From positions 49,416 to 113,415 of the forward strand of contig JAADJD010000062.1 of the NCBI GenBank assembly GCA_013150955.1: 64,000 bases of DNA, written 5' to 3'. Below the pieces are notes generated by a model. The model was not told the DNA's origin, ran no database searches, and saw only the letters and a list, made by a program, of their open reading frames with translations. The DNA is from Calditrichota bacterium. Lineage in GTDB: Bacteria > Calditrichota > Calditrichia > RBG-13-44-9 > J042. Every line of letters starts with the position of its first letter. The first letter of the stretch is position 1. The position numbers were made by a program, and so were the translations under genes. Positions 58,503-64,000 of this stretch are shown here, in pieces.

Positions 58503-59951
58503 CTAATCCAGTTTATACTTTGCCAGATCGATCCGGTACCGCTGTAGTTTTTTATGCAGTCCCATGCGACTCAAACCCAATTCCCGTGCCGTCTGGCTGA
58601 TGTTTCCCCGATTTTTTTGCAATGCCCGCTCGATAAAATACCTCTCCATCTGTTCCACCCGTTCTTTTAACTGCAATGCCCCCTGACCATTAAAAGGTGC
58701 TCCGTCTGTCGTGTGGATCTCCGGAAATTCAATCAAATCAGGTGTAATGGCCATCCCATCATCCGCCAGCACAATCGCGCGTTCGATGATATTCTCCAGC
58801 TGACGCACATTGCCCGGGTAATCGTAATCCCGCAACCGTTGGAGCGCTTCCGGGTGGATGCCGGTGATTCGCTTGCCCATCTTCAAGGAATATTTCCGGA
58901 TAAAATGATACACCAGTTCGGGGATATCCTCCCGGCGCTCCCTTAAAGGCGGCAAATGGATGGGAAACACATTCAAACGATAGAACAAATCTTCCCGAAA
59001 TTTGCCTTCCTGCACTGCCCGAGCCAGATCCCGATTGGTTGCGGAAATGACCCGGACATTCACATGAATGGCTTTTTCGGATCCCACCGGGTGAATCTCC
59101 CCTTCCTGCAATACCCGAAGCAGGCGTTTCTGAAATTCCGGGGAGGTTTCTCCAATCTCATCCAGAAAGATGGTTCCGCCATCGGCCAGTTCAAACAATC
59201 CTTTTTTATCGCGAGTGGCCCCGGTAAAGGCCCCTTTTACGTGACCAAATAATTCGCTTTCCAGAAGGGTTTCCGGTAACGAAGCACAATTCTGACTGAC
59301 AAACATTTTATGTTTACGAGGGCCGTTGTAATGAATTGCCCGGGCGACCAATTCTTTGCCCGTGCCGGTTTCCCCGGTGATTAAAACCGTGACGTCCGTG
59401 GGAATCACCTTTTTTAGCAAATGAAACACCTTTTGCATGGCCGGACTTTTGCCAATGATATGGTCGAAGGTGTATTCGGCCTCCATCTCGCGTTGCAGCA
59501 GCAAGTTTTCCGCGGCCAGCCGTTCGTTGGCCTGACGCAATTCTTCCAGTAAGCGTTCATTGTCTTTTTTCAGCTGATAATGTTCAATGGCCCGACGGAC
59601 GATCAGTCGCAACTCATCCGGTTCCCAGGGCTTTTGAATGTAGTAGAAAATTTGCCCCTCATTAATGGCCCGGATAGTGGCATCGATATCGGAATACCCG
59701 GTAATCAGGATGCGCACCGCATCCGGCTGAATGTCTCTGGCCTGCCGCAGGAATTCCACTCCGGTCATTTCGGGCATCCGTTGATCCACCAGTAAAACGG
59801 CAACCGGTTGCTTGCGGATCACTTCCAGAGCCGATAATGGCGAAGAGGACAGGATCACCTCATAGTCCCGTCGTAAAATGCGCTGAATGGCGTGCAAGAT
59901 CCCCTGTTCGTCATCCACGGCCAGAACCGTGTACCGTCGATTCGTTGACAT
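58503..59951 (-). CDS. sigma54-dependent response regulator (NtrC family: REC, AAA+ and Fis-type HTH)
   Basis: The REC domain is followed by GETGTGKE (Walker A), the GAFTGA sigma54-contact loop, ESELFGH and a C-terminal HTH. Confidence 0.9.
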   Translation of the reverse strand: MSTNRRYTVLAVDDEQGILHAIQRILRRDYEVILSSSPLSALEVIRKQPVAVLLVDQRMPEMTGVEFLRQARDIQPDAVRILITGYSDIDATIRAINEGQIFYYIQKPWEPDELRLIVRRAIEHYQLKKDNERLLEELRQANERLAAENLLLQREMEAEYTFDHIIGKSPAMQKVFHLLKKVIPTDVTVLITGETGTGKELVARAIHYNGPRKHKMFVSQNCASLPETLLESELFGHVKGAFTGATRDKKGLFELADGGTIFLDEIGETSPEFQKRLLRVLQEGEIHPVGSEKAIHVNVRVISATNRDLARAVQEGKFREDLFYRLNVFPIHLPPLRERREDIPELVYHFIRKYSLKMGKRITGIHPEALQRLRDYDYPGNVRQLENIIERAIVLADDGMAITPDLIEFPEIHTTDGAPFNGQGALQLKERVEQMERYFIERALQKNRGNISQTARELGLSRMGLHKKLQRYRIDLAKYKLD

Positions 59952-62900
59952 TATTTCCTCTCCTCATCCCTGTTTTTCCCGGTTTCCCTGGAAAGTGGCA
60001 AATAGATCCGAAAACACGTCCCCTTTCCTTCCTGACTTTCAACTTCGATGCGCCCCCCATGATCCTGAATGATCCGGTAACTGATACTCAATCCCAGTCC
60101 CGTTCCCTGGCCCACAGGTTTGGTGGTAAAAAACGGATCAAAGATCCGCGAAAGCACATCGGCTGGAATGCCTTTTCCATCGTCGCGAATCTCCACGCAC
60201 ACTCGATCCCCTTCACTGCGTGTGGTGATCCAGATGTTTCCTTTCCCCTCAATGGCCTGAATGGCATTCAACAAAAGGTTCATGAATACCTGATTGATTT
60301 GCCCGGGCTGACAGACAATTCGGGGTAGCTCGCCATACTTTTTGTGAACCCGAATCCGATCCCGAATTTCGTGGCGCAGAAGGGTCAGGGTCGATTCCAG
60401 GCCTTCGTGTAAATCCACCGACTTGAACGCCGCTTCGTCCAGTCGGGAAAAATTGCGTAAGTTTTGCACCACTTCTTTCACCCGTCGGCTTCCATCCAGG
60501 CTTTCCTGAATCAAACCATTCAAATCGTTTAAAATAAAGTCCAGATCGTATTGATCCTGTAATTGTTGTACCGTTTCTTTTAACTTTTCGGGCAGATCCC
60601 TGGCATCCCGTTGTTTTAAAATGACCTCCAGCAATCGCGAGAGCGCCTCGACATATTCCTGCAGGGTCTTCAAATTGGCATACACAAAGCTAATGGGATT
60701 ATTTAATTCGTGGGCAACCCCCGCGACCAGTTGCCCCAGACTGGACATTTTTTCGCTCTGGATGAGCTGGGCCTGCGCCTCCTTCAATTCCTGATACAAT
60801 CGCCGCAATTCCCGGTTCTTCGCTTCCAGCTCCCGCACATATTTCTCCCGCACCTCGGCCTCAGTCACCTTCTGAATCAACCGCTTGGTCTCTTCGATAT
60901 AGCGATTGTTTTCCACGGCAATGGCGGCCTGATTGGCAATAATCTGCAAAATGCTTCGATCCTCCGCATTCAATTCCCGACGTCTCTCCCCGGTTACCAG
61001 AACAATCACTGCATACAGGTTATCCTCCCGGCCAATCGGGATCAGGTAATCGCAGGGAATTCGGGTGAACTCCGGCAACTGTCTTTGAATCTCATCACAG
61101 GCCAGAATGCGCCCCCCGCTCAGAAGCGCCTGTTTAGACGGGTCGAGCGAGATTTCCGGCATTTGTGGAAGCGTTTTTCCGGAACGGGCCACCTCACGAA
61201 ACACATCGCCCTGCTTTTCCATGACCAGACAGAGCGATATTTCCAGCGCCCGGTGAATGGTGGAAGCCAGCTGGGAGAACAGCTCCTGATTGGTTTTAAT
61301 TAAAATCAAATCCCGCGAAAATGCCTGCAGCAGACGGCGATAGCCAAACCGCTTTTCCTCCACCCGGCGAATTTTCTCCAGCACCACGGTGGCCGCCCCG
61401 ATCACCACCAGCAAAACCCCCAGCTGGGTGGTTAAAATTTTTCGTACCGGCTCTTCCCGATACATCCAGAACACCCCGTAAAGCAGCCCAATCATTAACA
61501 GAATGAAGGCATTAAAACTCACATTGCGCCAGTGGTAGCGCGAGCCAGCCAGGGAAAGAAAGGCCACAATGATGCCAAAAATCAATAACGACAATCCCAG
61601 ATTGATCCAGAAATCCAGTTGTTGAACCAGGCGACCCAGGGAATGCATCATTCGGTAGGACACCTTCCGCAGGCCGGTTTTTTCTTCCACGATGTACACA
61701 TTTCCCGGTTTCAGCCCGGAACGCCAGCGTTCGGTGCCGGAGGGGAAGACGATTCGCGCAGTGTATTGTCCCCCGGCGTCCACCCCAAAATGGGCCACCA
61801 GTTCGCTCAGGGATAAATAACCCTGTCCCCCACTGATTTCCCGAAAACCAACCAGCACCAGGCTGTCCCGCTCATCTCGTTTATACAACCACACCCGGGT
61901 GCCCACAGCATCGCGATTGCTCCCGACCCCTTCAAGGATCAGGCGGACATAATTTTTGTTATTTAACGGATTGAGATACAGAACGGAATGGGTGTCCTTG
62001 TTGGCCACAAATACGTCCAGATCACCATCGTCATCCAGATCCGCTACCGCCACCCCGGTGCTGTAATTCTGGTTTCGAACGGTACCCGGGAGCCGTTCCT
62101 CAAACACCCGTTCCAGCAGCTGCCCATTTCGATTCAAATAAAATTGATTGGGGCCAATGTTGGAGAAAAAAACATCCTGCCACCCGTCGTTGTTTAGATC
62201 AGCAATGATACCGCCATACGCCGGGTAGGGATTGGCCACCTGAAACGGCCGGGGAGCTTCCTCAAATTGCCAGTTCGTGTCCCCGGCCGCTGTATGATTC
62301 AGATACAGGCGACTGTGGCCATCGCGATCCGCAACCAGAAAATCGAGATCGCCATCATTATCCACATCGCCAAAAACCACGCTGTTGCTATTCACCGCGT
62401 GTTGGAGGTGAAACAACGGCAAAGAAACCGGACGGAAGGACATTCCCCCGCGATTTTCATAAAGCGTATCTGGAGCAAACCAATTGCAAACGTAGAGATC
62501 CAGATCACCATCCCCATCCACATCGGCAAAGGCCGCACCCTGACTTACCGCACGCGAAGCCACCCCATATGCCGACGCCCGATCGCGAAAATACCGCCCA
62601 TCGTAATTGATGAACAGATGATTGGCATGGTGCTCGTCCGTAACGAACAAATCCAGGTCACCATCGCCATCCACGTCTCCCCAGATTCCCATATTGCCAT
62701 CCAGGGGACGCCGCAACCCCATCTCTTCGGTCACATCCTGAAAACGAAAATGGGGCAACTGGCGAAACAATCGGGTACTGACCCCCCACCCCAGAATCAG
62801 CACATCCACCCGGCCGTCATCGTCAAAATCGACGGCCGATCCGCCAAGCTCCAGATTAACCTTTTTGCGCGGCATAAGGTTACCCCCCAGGCCGGTGGCG

Positions 62901-63211
62901 ATGGTTCGATCTTCGAAGGTTTGCCCTCCCTGGTTCACAAATAACCGGTTGAGATTCCGAAATCGCACCACATAAAGATCCGGATAACCATCATGATTCA
63001 AATCGCGAAACACCACCCCGTAACTGTCCCCAAACTCCGGTAATAGAGAATGACTCACCGGTTGGGCAAACATCCGGGCGACCCAGAGGGAATCTCCAGT
63101 TGCACCTGCAGAACTCATGAATAAAAAAATCAGGCCAATAGCCCCCAGCCAGCGCATGCTCCCGCACGGTGAAAAGCCTGGGGAACGCTCACAGTAGGTT
63201 ACTGTTTCCAT
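59951..63211 (-). CDS. sensor histidine kinase with extracytoplasmic seven FG-GAP repeats plus UnbV_ASPIC domain, TM, coiled coil, HisKA and HATPase_c
   Basis: Seven D-x-D/N-x-D-G-x-x-D FG-GAP blades are present (for example FGDVDNDGDLDFLV). The ASPIC/UnbV block is VGTRVWLYKRDERDSLVLVGFREISGGQGY. The H-box is HELNNP and the G-boxes are DDGKGIP and GTGLGL. The start is ATG 63209-63211, TTG 63214, or ATG 63157 if the signal peptide is cleaved. Confidence 0.8.
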   Translation of the reverse strand: METVTYCERSPGFSPCGSMRWLGAIGLIFLFMSSAGATGDSLWVARMFAQPVSHSLLPEFGDSYGVVFRDLNHDGYPDLYVVRFRNLNRLFVNQGGQTFEDRTIATGLGGNLMPRKKVNLELGGSAVDFDDDGRVDVLILGWGVSTRLFRQLPHFRFQDVTEEMGLRRPLDGNMGIWGDVDGDGDLDLFVTDEHHANHLFINYDGRYFRDRASAYGVASRAVSQGAAFADVDGDGDLDLYVCNWFAPDTLYENRGGMSFRPVSLPLFHLQHAVNSNSVVFGDVDNDGDLDFLVADRDGHSRLYLNHTAAGDTNWQFEEAPRPFQVANPYPAYGGIIADLNNDGWQDVFFSNIGPNQFYLNRNGQLLERVFEERLPGTVRNQNYSTGVAVADLDDDGDLDVFVANKDTHSVLYLNPLNNKNYVRLILEGVGSNRDAVGTRVWLYKRDERDSLVLVGFREISGGQGYLSLSELVAHFGVDAGGQYTARIVFPSGTERWRSGLKPGNVYIVEEKTGLRKVSYRMMHSLGRLVQQLDFWINLGLSLLIFGIIVAFLSLAGSRYHWRNVSFNAFILLMIGLLYGVFWMYREEPVRKILTTQLGVLLVVIGAATVVLEKIRRVEEKRFGYRRLLQAFSRDLILIKTNQELFSQLASTIHRALEISLCLVMEKQGDVFREVARSGKTLPQMPEISLDPSKQALLSGGRILACDEIQRQLPEFTRIPCDYLIPIGREDNLYAVIVLVTGERRRELNAEDRSILQIIANQAAIAVENNRYIEETKRLIQKVTEAEVREKYVRELEAKNRELRRLYQELKEAQAQLIQSEKMSSLGQLVAGVAHELNNPISFVYANLKTLQEYVEALSRLLEVILKQRDARDLPEKLKETVQQLQDQYDLDFILNDLNGLIQESLDGSRRVKEVVQNLRNFSRLDEAAFKSVDLHEGLESTLTLLRHEIRDRIRVHKKYGELPRIVCQPGQINQVFMNLLLNAIQAIEGKGNIWITTRSEGDRVCVEIRDDGKGIPADVLSRIFDPFFTTKPVGQGTGLGLSISYRIIQDHGGRIEVESQEGKGTCFRIYLPLSRETGKNRDEERK

Positions 63212-63360
63212 CAATGTGGACTTTTCCCCGTTGCATTAAGTGTTTAAGCATGTAACGACTCGAATTACCCTGAATACACAACGCTTAAGTAAAGATGTTC
63301 ACGCAGATAAAACGAACCGCGATTTGCAAAAATTCCTCTGAAACCATTCGATTTGAAGCC

Positions 63361-63525
63361 AAGTAATGCATTGAACCGCGAATCACGCGAATGAACACAA
63401 AAAATATCAATTAAAATCACGAATAAACCTCGAAGTGAATTTTCATACAGATCTAATCCAATGGATTTTATTAATTGGTATTAATCCGTGCAATTCGTGG
63501 TCTAACGCAGAATTTCGGCTAAATG
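63361..63525 (+). mobile_element. MITE-like element copy L (forward, diverged right terminus)
   Basis: AAGTAATGCATTGAACCGCGAATCACGCGAATGAACAC ... ATTAATCCGTGCAATTCGTGGTCTAACGCAGAATTTCGGCTAA. Confidence 0.55.
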
Positions 63526-63724
63526 ATAATTCGTGCCAACTCGCATGCATTTTCGGAATCTGAGTTAACAATTTGAATGCCCTGTGCAGGGCGTTCAAGC
63601 CGGGCAATAGAAACACCTCCCCGATCCATTCAGTGTTTTTTCTGAGAATGTCATCAATATAGACCGGAACGATGGGGGATTCAAGGGTAAACTGGAGTGA
63701 ATCAGGCGCTGTGGAGCGAACAGA

Positions 63725-64000
63725 CTATTCGCGAATGCGGGGCGGGGTGTATTCCCGGCAGGGATCCACCACCCGGGCATAGGGACTGTTCCAGCTTTTT
63801 AGAAAGGTGCGCGCAATGATCCGGACAATACCCTTGCTTCTTACCACCAGGCCCAGATTCCGGGAGCGGTGAAAATAACTCTCCGCCCAGTTGGAAGTGC
63901 CCACCCACACCCATTCATCATCCACAACCATAAACTTGCAATGCTCCACCCGGGCAAAGGGGATAAATCCACCGCTGTATTCGGGCAATTCGGTAAAGCG
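63725..64000 (-). CDS. phospholipase D-family (HKD motif) protein, C-terminal part; the N-terminus lies beyond the window end
   Basis: HCKFMVVDDEWVWVGTSNW matches HxKx4Dx6GSxN. Confidence 0.55.
   Translation of the reverse strand, partial: RFTELPEYSGGFIPFARVEHCKFMVVDDEWVWVGTSNWAESYFHRSRNLGLVVRSKGIVRIIARTFLKSWNSPYARVVDPCREYTPPRIRE

Noticed and set aside
1-64000. CRISPR arrays, rRNA or tRNA genes, transposase or integrase genes
   Set aside because: No short regularly spaced direct repeats, no rRNA-like conserved blocks, and no ORF with DDE, HUH or tyrosine-recombinase motifs were seen. The only repeated DNA is the MITE-like family and the intragenic 27 bp repeats at 57150-57250.

Overview
This 64 kb window reads as a compact chromosomal segment of a diderm (Gram-negative-type) bacterium, about 50-55% GC. 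Most ORFs are recognisable housekeeping, envelope or signalling genes. The start of the window is a co-directional block: metallophosphoesterase, dCMP deaminase, 7TM-HD (PgpH-like) protein, YbeY, CorC/HlyC-CBS protein, SelA and SelB. After that come an NfuA-like protein, an SNF2 helicase, a MATE pump, a REC-GGDEF protein, upp, plsC, serS and a DegT aminotransferase. The middle holds a cNMP-binding/REC protein, a persulfide-dioxygenase/rhodanese fusion, deoC, a cytochrome c peroxidase / Bcp / RibA group, an ABC_ATPase-family protein, an MFS transporter, a lipid kinase, miaA and mutL. The end of the window has an M23-peptidase / large lipoprotein / FadL-like OMP operon, an ADP-forming acetyl-CoA synthetase, a REC protein, a GAF-PP2C phosphatase, an SSF symporter, a second FadL-like OMP, and a sigma54 (NtrC-type) regulator paired with an FG-GAP/UnbV-ASPIC sensor kinase. 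No rRNA, tRNA, CRISPR array or transposase was seen. Two things stand out. (1) A family of about 170-250 bp intergenic elements with roughly 40 bp terminal inverted repeats and TTAA termini occurs at least 12 times, 8 of them within 22.8-41.1 kb. Two gene 3' ends (dehydratase and deoC) read straight into element termini, and two forward-oriented copies flank one small HTH gene. This looks like a non-autonomous MITE-like element that is active, or was until recently. (2) A lipoprotein gene encodes a signal/lipobox, an extremely Tyr/Trp/Phe/Pro-rich block with YDPFF repeats, and a long Arg/Lys/Ser tail with SSSRPSYRS repeats. It is co-transcribed with a FadL-like OMP and preceded by a sigma54-like -24/-12 element next to the NtrC/sensor-kinase pair. 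Many ORF-track N-termini are over-extended, and the starts were re-picked from RBS and signal-peptide logic. All functional calls come from motif recognition, not database searches.
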